DNA of 64,000 nt from Sphagnum compactum. Lineage: Eukaryota. Both the position numbers and the translations under genes were made by a program. The notes beneath the pieces are model-generated. The model did not search any database. It saw only the letters and a list, made by a program, of their open reading frames with translations, and was not told the DNA's origin. Shown piece after piece: positions 25,501 to 39,394 of the stretch. Location: contig OZ234493.1 in the NCBI GenBank assembly GCA_965153455.1, positions 14,250,213 through 14,314,212 on the forward strand, written 5' to 3'. How positions within the stretch are numbered: position 1 is the first letter of the stretch; the number at the start of each line of letters is the position of its first letter.

Positions 25501-28500
25501 CTTGACTTATTCATTTACTTGTTGCTACAGTTTAGGATTATGCAGATTTCAATCAGGACCACTAACATGAAATGAGTGCTGGAAGGCTGGGCTATAAAGA
25601 ATTTATGTCCTTTAACATGATCTATACATAGTCAAGCTTATACCTACCTCCCTATCTATTTTTTAGCTATTGACCTACTTTTTGGATGTCATAAAGAACA
25701 ACGATACCGCTTCTTAGAGCCAGTCAATGAATGCTATGTCAGCAAACTTTCTACATGTATTTATCAATGTCAGGCTTGTATCATATTTTAGACAGACTAA
25801 TTAGGTCTATTTATCTAATCTTGAAGTCAGGTCCTGGTAGATCGAGACATTTTTCAGATTGAATACCAAGCTGGTATAAATACCTTAATTATTGGTTTAT
25901 CACTTACTAGTAGCAGTAGTCGTGATTTTAAAGTTTGATACTAACAAATACCAATACTGGTCTGGTATTTCATGAAGGCGTTGATCTTGATTGAAATGGC
26001 AGATTGCATTTGAATTTCTTTTTGTTGTTTTTGTATGAAGAAAAATGGAAAAAAAAAAACACAAATCTCAAGGAAAAATCATTGAACTTTGTTGAATTTA
26101 ATTAGTTTTTGGTTTTCAAAATGAACTTGGGCACAACAATATTGAAGTCACAAGCGGTAGCCATCCTCCAACAAGCTTTTTACCTACAAGTAGCAAATAT
26201 AACTCTTACCTTCCCATTCCACTTGCCCATTGAGTATTGAAAGTCCATAGGGCAATACAAATTGTGAGTTTTTGAAACCTTAAAAGTTCTATGTTGATGT
26301 TTTTTGCGATGCACATTGTGACAAGAAGAGGCAATATTCTTCTCAAATTGTGCATTCAGAAGTTATTTATTGGAACCATGTTGGGTTTAAAAAAACATAT
26401 AATTTGACCACCGTGTGAGGTAATAAAGGTATCATTGGGAACATCATAGCAAAGGTGTTATTGAGTTGGTTGATCAATCCAAGTCTATATATTAGGGTTC
26501 TGTTCAAATTTGTGCCCAACATAGATATATTTACTTGGATTTAAGTTGTATTATTTTTTTTACCCAACTTCAAATGATAATTTGAGGCGATGTATTGGGT
26601 GGAATCGCTAAAGTCTAATAAACCAAAAATGGTTTTTCTTAACATCAAATCGATGCAATAAGTAAACGTTTAAGTTCTTCATTTGTAATTGTTGGGCCAT
26701 GTGGAGTGTGGTCCAAAAGTTCCAAATGGCATGCTAATCAAGGAAACCATGTCAATTTGTGTGGAGTTTAAATGGAAATGAGGCATGTATTGACTTGTTA
26801 CGAGTTCTATTTGAAAGCAACAAAGAACCACTTGGTTGAAAAATAATATTTAATAGGGGTTGCATATACGTTTGTGAGGTACGTAGGTGGGTAGCACTTA
26901 TCATCGTTAATCTATTTGTGATTGAATAATTTTCTTATTTATGTGAAATAATGAAAACATTTATAAAAAATAATCATAGTTCTAACCAATTGTATTATGA
27001 ATTGACCTCCAAAAGGTGCCAGACAATTAAAAACATAATGTAGCATTTGAACTAAGTTTAAATTAAAATACATCCAAAATTGTTCAACTTTGAGTTTGAT
27101 AGCTTTTACCAAAATTATAAATCTTAATAATTAATCTCTTTACACAAATATTGACATTAACAATTGTTTTAGGAATGTAACTACATGAGCTTAAAATTTT
27201 GAGCTTGTACCATTGATGAAAGGTGTGAATGAACTAAGGATGAATGATGTATAGAACCCATATAATATTTCCTTGTGTTTAAAATGCGAAAATAAAAATG
27301 TTGACAAAAACTTTGTATAATATTGAATGTGAAAAAACATGGCGATTCATTAGATGTTTCAACCCTTGTTTGATATATTTTGACACGTGTTAAAAAGTGA
27401 TGATACATGTGACATATTATTCACATTATATATGAGTTATTTAATTATTTATACATGAATTATTAATTTTTAATAACCATAAACCTAAAAACATGATAAT
27501 TTTTTGTACAATGCATTTTGAACGTTTTTTTCATGCTTACTATGTTTAAACATGCATACAAAATTGTTAATTTTATAAAAAATATTATGTACATAAATTA
27601 ACTATAACATTTTTATATTTAATCATTTGTATTCAAAGTCATGATAAATGGAATATATTGTTCCATGTGAATAATATATCCGTATTTCTAAAAACATTAA
27701 TATTTTCCCTTAAAAATATAAAGACATGAAAATACAATTTTTTATGCATGTCACTATGAGAAAAAAAAAGTCCCTTGTTTTACATTATACACATATATCA
27801 TGAAATCCATGATAAGAACATAAAATAATGCATGATGACATTATAATTTAACTACATTAAAAAAAATTCTGATTATCAATATGATTTGAAATATTTATTG
27901 TTAACTTTAAAATATATATTTAAAATTTCAACATTTTTTTTCAAATGGAGATATTTTAAAAATAAAACAAAACACACATTAATTTCAAAATTATAAAATA
28001 TAAGCACTTATTGGCACCATGAAAAATTAAACAATCCATAATGCATATTATTTTGTGCAAAAAACGATCGATAATTTTGAACCTTGCACAAAATTACATG
28101 GTTTTGTCACATTGTTTAATTACAATCATGACATTTTTTAATTCTATATTCTATATATATATATATATAATTTCAATTTTATATGATTATTGTAATGTTT
28201 AATCACTTTGATTAAGTAGTATAAATTTTTAGTTACAAAAAACATAATATAACATGATATAGTCAAAATAGTAATCGCATTTCAATATGTTTAACATTAA
28301 CATGACATGACCATTTTCAATTGAGTTTTCAATTAAAATTTGTTAAATTACATATGTTGATTTGACATAATCATCTATAATTAATTTTATAATTAAACTA
28401 TGAAAACATTGCATTATTAAACTATGAAAACTTTTTTTTATATGGATTTTTTTTTGTTGCAAAAAAAATATTTAAAAATCTTTGCTAAAATCAAGGCTGA

Positions 28501-30087
28501 TTGATATATGTCTTGATTATCCCCTTATTTTCCTTGACATATTTGTATCATTTATCCAGTTCATTGCACAAACTATTGTACATAATTTACGCCCAATGTA
28601 TCCTCTTCCTTTTTTTTGCTTTCAGCAATGTGATGGCATTTTTATTATTAAGGTAAGTCACATTCTCTCTTTAATAGATCACAAATATAATTACAGGGTA
28701 TCTCATTGAGTATGGTAAACCCAAAATTTTCACATTCCACTAATCTCTTGCAAAATTCCTGGATGTAATTTTATAATTTTATAAAACCTGTAATGTTACT
28801 GTTTTACAAATTTGCCCTTTCGGGTCTTCTATATACCCCTCTGCATAAACTCCAAAGACATCGACAATCGATTGTTTATTAATCGCATACACTTAATTTT
28901 TGTAACTAAAATAGATTTCTATGCCTTTAATTATAAAAATGTTAAAAAATTCCAACATTATATCTAGAATTGGTGCCTCCCACTTCATTAAAAACATAGT
29001 GATAAACCTTGTTTTTTCACTCCTTTTTCACTAATGTTTTTCAAGTTTTCTAACCTTTATACATGCTTATCATAATTTTGTTTCATCTGTATTCACATGA
29101 ATCTGTTAAGATCAAAATGCAAATACCTTATTCCAATAGTGTTACTTTGTCTAATATGGTTATTCTTCTCCTCGCATTTGTAGCTTTAATGTAGTCATGT
29201 TGATTTCCATTCTGATTGATTACAGTTCTTTTGGTGGTAGCACTCTCATTTTAGGTATTTTCCTCTCTTTTACATCCTTCTGTGTTATCTTCTATCATTT
29301 CACAAATCATTATTCCACACCTTTTTCACCTAATTTTTGAATGTATGTTGGATTCACTAATGTTTTTTATGGGCCTCCTTGCTCACTTAAACTTCAACTT
29401 TTTTTCTTATTCTCAAAAATTCTATTGTAGATGTTCTTGACCTATATATGTTTTGAATTATGGAATGTGTAAATTGCATTTTCTCATGGTATTGTTTTCT
29501 TTCTTCACACTTTGAAAATGATAATGAATGTGATGGTGATCTCATTGCCAATGGTTGAATGTTCAACATTCTAGCATTCTCCTCTCTTCTTAACACTTCT
29601 TCTTATTCTTTTTTGAACAATGTTTTTTCCGACTTTTCTTTATGTTCAATTCTATGTGTTTTTTTTCTTACTATTTTTTACAATTTTTTTATTACGATCT
29701 TTGCACTCTTTTTTATACAAACTCTAAAGTTTCGAGAAAACACACAATTTCTTATAACAAATGAAAACAACCTACAACCGATACTTTTTTTTTTGTCCTT
29801 TAGTTTCCTGCCTGTCTCATTTGGTTTTTGGGCTGACCGTCATCTTTTAATTATCGTTTCATCCTTGAAATTATGACAATGCATCACTATCACTTTTGTG
29901 ACCTTTGTATAGCCATGTGAAAACATGTCACGTCATCATTGTGAATGAACTATTGAATTTTCCAAATTTTGGAAACTTAACAACTCAACTTGAAAATAAT
30001 AATTATTCATATAATATTTTTTTGGTTTTTTTATCTTTGAAAATGTGTAAAAATTTCACATTTGATGGTAGATAACTTATGTATTTT

Positions 30088-31076
30088 GTCACGGGTTTCT
30101 CCTGTGATACTAGCATTAAAAAAAATGGCAAGTTAAGGGTATGTGTCAATTATAAATCTTTAAACAAAGTAATTAAGAAAGACCGATACCCTTCACCATT
30201 TTGGGAAGAAATTTTGGAAGAGGCAGCAAGGCACAAAATGCACACATTCAGAGATGGGTACAGGGGCTACCACTAAGTGATAATTGCTTCGGAGGATTAA
30301 TTGAACACCACATTCACCACACCATGGGGAACATTTTCTTACACAATAATGCCTTTGGGTTTATACAATGTTAAAAGGACATTTCAATGTTTAATGAATA
30401 AGATTTTTGAACCATTTTTTCACCTTTTTTAATGAATTTCCATTTCCGACTTTGGGGTTTATAGTGAAATTTTTTTTCACCTTACAAACTTGAATTAGTA
30501 TTTCAACGCTTAGATGGTTTAGGAGTGACTTTGAACCTTGAGAAAATCACAATTGGTTTTTCAGAAAGGAAGATAGTTGGACACATTGTGTCAAAGAATG
30601 GGGTAACCACAGATCCCGAAAAGTTTGATAAGATTTCAAAGTTTCTTTTCCACACCACAAAGAAAGCCTTCAAAGGTTTTTTGGGATGGTGGGTTATTAT
30701 CAAAGGTTCATACACATGTTTGCAGCAAAAACACGTCCTATAACATGATTCTTGTTTGAAGATGCACCTACACCAATGGAGGATGATGCATTAAAATGTG
30801 CATTCGAATAACTCAAATCAGCTCTTCAAGCTGCACTAATCCTTTGAACTTCAAATTGGAACAAACCATTTTTAGTATATTATGATGCATTTGAAGAAGT
30901 AGTGGGGAGCACACTATCCCAATTGGACAAAAATGGGCATGACCATCCCATTCATTTTGCTAGCAGACAATTAACTTCAATAAAAAAAAATTATATTATG
31001 ACCAAACAAGAAGGTATTGTAATTATTTTCTCTCTTAAGAAGTTTCGCAATTACTTATTGGGGTATAAGGCCAAAT
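30088..31076 (+). mobile_element. Degenerate Ty3/Gypsy LTR retrotransposon pol fragment (RT and RNase H)
   Basis: VSPVIL..KKNGKLRVCVNYKSLNK..KKDRYP, DGYRGYH, TTFTTPWG...MPLGL, VGHIVS..GV.TDPEK, PFLVYYDA...GSTLSQ...HPIHFASRQL...KKFRNYLLG. Many stops and frameshifts. No LTRs visible. Confidence 0.92.
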
Positions 31077-32161
31077 TTTTACTCTCCAAACCTTCCATTG
31101 CCCTTGGGAAATTATTCCACAAGTAACTGTGGATTTTTCTTTCAAAATTGGATGATCTTTCCTCCACTTCTGGACATTGATGTATATATGTGCAAAAATC
31201 ACCTTATGTAAGCATGTATGCATTAAAACTTGATTGAACATAAATCAATCCAAAAGTATGATGATATATACTTGCCATATGCAAATTCTTTTTTTTTGTA
31301 CACTTTTTTTCTCCACCCAAACATGCTCATCTTAGAACTGTTCATGTTAGGGCCTCGATTACACTCATTCGCATTCAAATCCAACCAGGCTGCTTCCTTG
31401 CACAAATCTTCTAAGTTAATGCATGGAATAGCATCATACAATAACACTCTAGCAACAGAAAACATATTCTCTTTCTCCATCAATATTGTTGAAGTTTGCA
31501 AATTTTGAAATTGCAATGCATGTAATTAAACATCATAATGTTTGAAGTAATGATCTTTGGGCTTCTTCTTTCTAAACACATTTCAATACTCCAACCCAGG
31601 TGGAAGATAATTTTTCCAATCAGAAAAATTTTGATTTTTTTCACCACACTGGACCCTTGCAAATGTAACATTTGCATATGTCAATCACCATCACAAGACT
31701 TTAATGCATGCACAAAACATTGGAAAACAAAAAAATATTACTTACATGTATTTTGGAATAATGACTTTAATTGTTGAATTCGTTGCTTTTGAACATGTTT
31801 GGGCCCAGTCACATGCGTCATAATACTTTCAAAACAGGTTGGAACTGAAGTTTCACACGCTTTACACACCATATGATGATCGTTCTCGCCCCACTCTATT
31901 ATGGAAATAAATCAATATATTGGATATTAAATTTTTAAAAGAATCAAACATGCATTTTATAAATATGACTAATCAATTAACTATGCAAAAGCGTTTGAGT
32001 AGATGTGAATTTTCCTGTAATTTCACAAATCTTTTATGAGGTTTGTTGTTGTTGTGGTCTTCAATGCATGTTTTGTTTGATGAAACACATTTCTCGCAAT
32101 ATGTGCAATAATAATTATTCGCACATTTCGAAGCCATGTTTTCAACACTTTCATCATTCAT
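31077..32161 (-). pseudogene. Decayed spliced gene: two U1/matrin-like C2H2 zinc fingers plus an unassigned domain, possibly the N-half of a Tet-like 2OG-Fe(II) oxygenase
   Basis: YYCTYCEKCVSSNKTCIEDHNNNKPH (about 32110-32035); MVCKACETSVPTCFESIMTHVTGPKH (about 31875-31795), donor GTAAGT at 31745; then VQCG...NRGPNMNSSKMSMFGWRKK...AYG with two in-frame stops; then DFCTY...YLWNNFPRAMEGLES, which abuts the Gypsy fragment. Confidence 0.55.
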
Positions 32162-35100
32162 ATTTATCTTGAGTCTTTTCTGCTAATGTTTCACAAAAAA
32201 AAATGAACAACAATGTGTAAGTACACATATCCAAATAATTGATGTAAAATTTTGCAAATGTCAATTTTATGTGCCACATTATCAATTTCATGTACTATTG
32301 TATCCACATTCAATATATTATAATATTTGAATAAAACAAATTAACCTTTTGTGACTCAGTTGACATTAAGTTTTTTTTCCATTGGGTGTGTTCTTGTTCG
32401 TCTTGCTAACAAGGCATACACATGCACATAAAAACCCACAAAAATCTATTAATGCTTGGATCTGGCCGTGTGAGAAGCTCTTCAGAATTTGTTTTCTGCT
32501 TCGATTCAGATATTTGAGATTTGAAGGTATTGGATCTGGGAGCGATTTTCGGGAATGCGCCGAATTGTGTCTGGTTTTTTCTTTTCATTTATTTTCGAAT
32601 ACGTCTGTGCGTCATGTGTGTCGGAGGAAGGGGGGAAAGCGGACAAGGAAGAGCAGTGTTTATCTTTTGAGATGCAGGAGATCTCATTTTTTTTACGTAT
32701 TAATGTGTCGCCCTGTGATCGGAACGCACTCGTTGTTCTTTGGTTATGGTTTCGTCGAAGTTTGAGTCCCATGCCCATTTACCTGGCCTCTATTCTGTGG
32801 CGCAATTTGTGGTTGGGACCGTGAGTCAGCTTGAGAAGCCACATTGCCCTGTGGTGAACGAAGAATCTGACAAGAAGCACCTGAATCGGGCTCCACTACA
32901 CAGCAAAGGCAGCACCTAACCACCCACACACATGTGAGTAATTCTGCTTCAGTGGCTAGATATCAACCTTGTCCTGCTGCTGCGCATGATAGGCTTCCAT
33001 CACCATTGGGCAATATATGTGGGTTCTCAGGCCTCCTCACGACTACATTCGCAAATTAATGTTTAACATAGCCTATATATACCAAGACCATAAACTAAAA
33101 TCCACACACATAATGAAATCTCAACATATAATTACATGGGTAATATTCATTGATTGGGTCTTCCTTTCTTGAACCTTTATACAATTTATGCCTGTTGCAA
33201 CAACAATGGATACAAATCATGAACAACAATGCAATATTTTGCTGTAAACAATGAGGTAACAATAAATTTAAAAACTAAACAAAATCAAAATGGAGATTAA
33301 ATCATATGAAAAAATTGGGAAAATGTAATAAACATAGTGTTATACCTAGATCATGTTGAAAATCTTGGTTTCCCTTTACATGGTTGCATTCAAACTATAA
33401 AATCATGAGTGAATGACAAGGGAAAATGTAAAAAATGATTAATGACAACCCATTTAAAAATCACTGATGTAATGGCCTAGTACCTTGTAAACTTTGAGTT
33501 TATTAAGTTAAGGCAAAGCAAAGTTAAAACAACAAAAAAAATAAATATCATAATCAAAGGATGAACACCCATAACTTTTGAAAGAGACACCCAACTTTTG
33601 AAACACATGTTAAAATGACCTTCCAAAATGAGACATTAATAAAAAACAAGACTTTCTTTTTCAATCTTTTGTTTATTGTTCTTATGCTGGAATTAGTTGA
33701 GCTTTTCTTCCTTTTTCTTGTGTTTAGAGAGTTGTCCCAACTATTGCTATAGTAGCTACAACCATTTCTCAAAACCTCTTGACCCCACACAACACAACCA
33801 ACAAAAAATGTTGAGAACCAAACCAAGTTAAACATTACAACATGAGTTCAAAACTCTTTCATATTCAAATTCTTCTAGCACATATAAAACGAATCTCATT
33901 ATCACATTCAACAAAACTAGCACTTGAAGTACAACAAAAAAGAAACAAACTATAGCCCAAAACACCTTGCCATTTTCTCTCTAACTAACTATAACTTGAA
34001 TCAGCTTTGAGAATCAGCAACTGAAATAAAATGCCAGGCTCCAAACTTTTAACAGTGACAATTTAGCATTTCTAATTCAAATATGATTTTTTTTTAAAAT
34101 CAAAACATGCAACTTGAAGTCCTTTACAACTCCATTGTGTCAGAATTTCCAAATTCCAACATTTTACACAACTTCTAGGCACATTTGCAGAGGCTGATCC
34201 ATTTTTTTGGAGTGTGACAATTTTAACCAAATGTCAATAAAGGTTAGACATTAACTTGTACCCTGGTAACTTGTACTTGACATCATTTGCTTTGTTGGCC
34301 TTGTCTACCAAGGCAAGGATTTTGTGTTTATATTCACTATAGAGTATAATAGCTTAATGGATTTTGGCCCCTAGGTAATAGGTCTATCTTTATATGAGGG
34401 TTTTTGAAAGATGATATCTTGGCTTGTGTTGAAGCTTGAGATTAGTTAAAGAGTTATAATATCTTGAAGGATTTTAGTTTCTTTTAGAGGACTTTATGAA
34501 GATTATATTTTTGCATGGTGAAATATTTGAATTTTCATAATTCTTCTTTTGCCTTAAGATATATTTTTAATGTAAATGGCAAAGGCCACGGTCTGACACA
34601 CCCCTTGTTGTTTATTTGTTGCAGAGTAAGTTTCAAGACCTAGATCTCATGAAAGTGCTAGAACAAAGTCTATTAGAAGACATCCATCTTGTAATTTGGT
34701 TGTCAAGATTTTTCCCTTCTTTTGTTGTACTACAATAATCAGTGTAATTTTTTTGGTGGCTAAAATCCTCATCTTGACAACCCAAAAAAAAAAAAACTGA
34801 AATATATTTTGTCCCAGTTGTGAGGATTTTCATCCCAAAAAGAATCTGTTAAAAATTTGATAGAAATATTGGTTTTTGAAGAAATGTTGTCACTTTTTTA
34901 ACTACCCCAAAAGTTTGTACCAACAATGAATGTTGTTTTAGACCGAAGACTAATAATTACTTGCAGCCAAACCAAATGAGATAAAAAAAAAGCCTACCCC
35001 ACCCCTTTACCCTCCCTCCTGCTCCCAAACAAATCATATCCGGACAAGCACATCATTACCAACATAGTGAAATGCACTATAAGCCATGTGAGACCAACCA

Positions 35101-37701
35101 TACATATTGGAGTGAAAATTCAACATGCTTATCTCTTATCTCTCCTGAAGCTTTGTACTCACTCCGTCTCAATGAAGCTTCATAGGAGGTATTGCTTGCT
35201 GTTGTTGCATGATTGTTGTGATGTAGCCGGGTTCAATTGGGTATATCATAGCTGTTGTTATATACATATGATTTCATTTAAATTGTGTTGTTATCCACCT
35301 ATAGGTCCCCCTTCCATACTAATGTTGTTTGGTTCTTGATTTCAAAATGAACCTTTGCTCTTCATTATAAAATTAAATAAAATTTAAATTTATAAAACAT
35401 AGTGTCTGGTTTTAAGATTAATTCTTTGGATTTTCAAAACCTTCAGTTTTGATCATTTTCATAAATAATTTAGAGCTAGTCTAGTTTAAGATCAGGTTTC
35501 ATCTCCATTACACACAAATATATATATATATAATTTAATATTAGTTTCATCACATAGTTCAAGATAAAAATTATGTAATATTAAATATGTATAATCAATT
35601 AAAATCAATAACTTGTCTAAAATGTAAAGATAAACTTATATATTTTCAAAAATAAAGTTGTACTTATCTATTAAGGAACTTGAACTTGTTCAAATGGAAC
35701 AACACCCCTAATTCTAATTTAATTCAATTTTGAAAAAAACCAATTGCTCGGTCAGGTTCCTCCTTCAAAACTTGGGAAGTCTGATCCAAACAGCCTAAAA
35801 CTTGACCTATAGCTTGGACTTGAACTTGCCTAACTCCCAAAACCTTCCAACATTGCACCAAACCATTATTATGTGCTATCAATACTAGTGTTCAAAGAAC
35901 CATTAGTTCCAATTTTCTAAACTAACCAAAATCTCAAAACTACTAATTTTGGATACTTGAGAAAATTTGGAATCCAAGAACTGTTTGTTTTGATTATGTC
36001 AAAAAGCCTCAAAGAACCGGTGGTTTTTGTGAAAGAAGCAACTTATTAAAAAAGCTTGGTTCTTTTATAGGTGGTTATTTGAATTTCTTTCAATTTTTTT
36101 GAACCATTATTATATATCAAAATCATTTTTTTAATTTTTTGAGAACTATGATTATGAACATTAAAATAACCATGGGGCATTTGTTCATGTTTTTAATGCC
36201 TGCCCAACATGGGTTGATACATGAGGTTTGTTTCAATTGCACATTTGTTGCATATATATCCAAAGGATCAATTGCAAGTGTGGATTATGTGCAACAAGTT
36301 TGATGCATCTCCCTCTCCAATGCAAATATTCCAAAAATTTGGGCATGTCTACTAGTGGTGCATGTAGTTGTTTGGTAAATATTTTATCGGAAGCCATTAA
36401 TTCCTCATTCTTGGATGGGACTTGGCATTTTGAGTCTTGCATACACATCTAAATAATTTCCATATCATCTGTTTTTTGTCATTTTTTTTGCTTACATTTT
36501 CTTTCATTGATTCATTCTCAGATGATATGGTTTTTTGGTTTAAAAGATTTCATTGCATCCATTTCTCCTTTCTAGGATTCAACTTTCTTGAATTGTATCA
36601 TTCTTGTCTTGCATCTCATCAATTTATTGAATTTTCTTATTGAAAATCCCAATGACCATTAATTTAACTCTTTTAATTATTAAAAAAAATTACGCTATAT
36701 AGCCAATAAAAATACATTGATCTTGTTGCCTGCCACGTTGGATAAATACTTAAGTAAAATTAAAAAAATATATGTATAATAACATGTGATGATAAATAAT
36801 TTCATTTATTTAAATAATGGTCCAATGGTTAAAGACTTGCTCTTTTAGAATGGAAATGGGAAAGTGAAATGTTCAAATTTTGAAATCCACACTTACACTT
36901 TAGATCTATGGGCTAGGTGGCTAGGTTCCTAATTTAGACTAAATGACCTATGTTAGCCTAAATAAATTAGCCTAAGTTCCTGAGTGTTTAACTTAGGTTT
37001 TTAACTTTGTTTAGTCTACATTTTTAAGTTTTTAACATAATTTAGTTTAGGTTTGTAAGTGTTTAACCTAAGTTTTTAATGTGTCAATATAACTAAAAGT
37101 GATTGCATTTGTGTATGTTATATGTGTGTTTTCAATTATGTGTGTGTATGTGGAATTTTAAATATGGCCATTGGTTTTTAAGTTGTTTATTATGAGTTAA
37201 TATTTAGTGAGGTTTTATGTGATGTGTCCAACATTGTATGGGTAATGCAATGCAACATTCACATATAAGGATAAGTTATCCAAAAAGATAACATAAAAAA
37301 TAACTATCATTAGGTATTCAAGCACTTTAGGTTAATAGGTACTTTTTTAAAAAGTATTTATCAACAAGAAATTACAACCATTGACACATGCTTTCACAAT
37401 TTTGTTTTAACATACCTACTTACCTTCGTATTGTATCATTGTTCACAAAGGTTGCAAAGCTCAGATGTCTCAACTCCATCACTATTATAGTAAAAAAAAA
37501 TTCATTTTGGAAAGCTCTTTTTTTTCCTGTGTTCTTGGCTAATTGTCTCTAAGTGGACTCAACTTCTTCTTTTTTCCTTTTTGTGGTTGATTATATGTAG
37601 ATGAACCTATTGTCTTTGCTTTCTTCCAAAAAAATTGGATATTAACATTTTAAATTTGATTTTGCATTTGCAAAACTTGGACATGTGCAAGTTGGTTATG
37701 A

Positions 37702-37823
37702 TTATGTGTGGATATGTTGTAAGAGTCATGCTATTGGAATAGAATGGTTTTGTGTGGTTATGTGTGGATATGTTGTTAGAGTCATGCTATTGGAATAGAA
37801 TGGTTTTGTGTGGTTATGTGTGG
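37702..37823. repeat. Near-perfect tandem duplication, 56 bp x 2
   Basis: 'ttatgtgtggatatgttgt(a/t)agagtcatgctattggaatagaatggttttgtgtgg' twice, plus a partial third copy. Confidence 0.9.
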
Positions 37824-38891
37824 TGAATGTGCTATAAGAGCTGTGTTGTAAGAGAAAAAGAGTGATTATGTGCAACTATGTTGTCGGGGTTGTGTTGTAG
37901 GATAAAGAACATTTGTAAACTTTGTGTTGTGTAGAAAAACAATTTTTCTCAAGTTGCTTGGTGAAAAACAAAATGGATGAAGTTTTACAAGAAATAATAA
38001 GATATGAAGTTTTGCAATAAATATAGGGAGGTTCATGTTGATTGATAATTTAGTTACATGTGTCTTTAGGCAATAATTTATTACCATGCATAGAAGTGAA
38101 AACCCTTCATCTTTTAGTTGTCAAATTTACTTATTTAATTAAGAATTTCATGTTTGTTGAAAATGTAAAATGATTTCAAGCACGCTTGTGAGAAAAACTA
38201 TAAGTTGTTAAAAATGGTACAAAGCAACAAGCCAAAATCAACTTTGTTTTGAAACATTTTTTCGTATAAAACATACAAATATTCAACCGTATTGGAATTA
38301 ATTAAATTTTTATACCAAAATAAGAAAAAAAATGGTTCAATTTGAGAATATTTTCTTTTGAGATTAAATAATTAAGCTGTAATTACTCTTAATCAATTGA
38401 TTAATTAATTAAGAGAGATTCATAATTACTCATAATTGATTAATTAATTAATATTATTTACAACTTAATTCAAATAATCTTAGAAGTTGGAGCTAGTTAA
38501 AATTGATGATTCTTGAAAAGGAAAAAAAACTCAAAATCTTATTTGGGGACAAAAGGTGTATTAATTTAAGTGTGAAAAATATTAATTTGTGTGGGGATTA
38601 GAAAACAATGTATAAAAGGAGGATAATTCTAGTCAGGTATCAAAGAGCTGTCCTCCTAACCCATGAGAAAGGATGGGTGAAGTCTGGTTAGATACAGGTT
38701 AGTGGGACTAGGTACTGATTGTACGTAGGTGGGTAGGTAGCTCCAGTAGGCCTAATGTGTACCGGCCCCCTGTCTAGCTACCTACCTACCCATCGGAACC
38801 TTCCTACCTACCTGTCTATGTACCTACGGATAAAAAGTAGGCCTCAAATTAGGCCTGGTTTTCTCTCTCTCTCTCTTCCTTTCGGAGCTTC

Positions 38892-38900
38892 AAACCCTAA
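38892..38900 (+). promoter_or_regulatory. Telo-box (AAACCCTAA) in the UBP25 5' region
   Basis: Exact AAACCCTAA next to a CT-rich tract about 500 bp upstream of the ATG, a usual position in plant housekeeping genes. Confidence 0.5.
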
Positions 38901-39394
38901 TCGGGATTTTCTTCTTTCTCTTTCCGTTCAGCTCCGCCATCGCTCCTTTGATCCTCGTGGTAGTTTTTGGTCCACGCTTGCATCGATCTTCTTTCGTTTT
39001 TTTCTTCTGCTGCACCATCTCTTGCTCCTCTTCCAATAGATTCTTTTGGGCCCTGATTTGGACCCGATTTGGCGCATCATTTTTGCACGCAAGGGAGAGG
39101 AGTTGAAAGGAGCGGTGGGGGGGGGGGAGGAGCGGGAGGAAGGTGGAGGAAGGGGAGAGGACGAGAAAGGAAGAAGTACGAGTGTGAAATTTTTTTAAGG
39201 ATTGATTTTTCATATATTAGACGATGCGGCAGCGACTTCGACAAGCATTGAGAAGTCGCTTGCTTTTGTTGTCGTCGTCGTCGTCGTTGTTGGTGCATAG
39301 GGATGCGGGTGTGTTCCAAGCCCTCGCTGCTGCTGCTGCTGCACCAGCATCATGTGGGGTGGCTGCCTATTAGACACGCGCTGCCGCAGCACTC

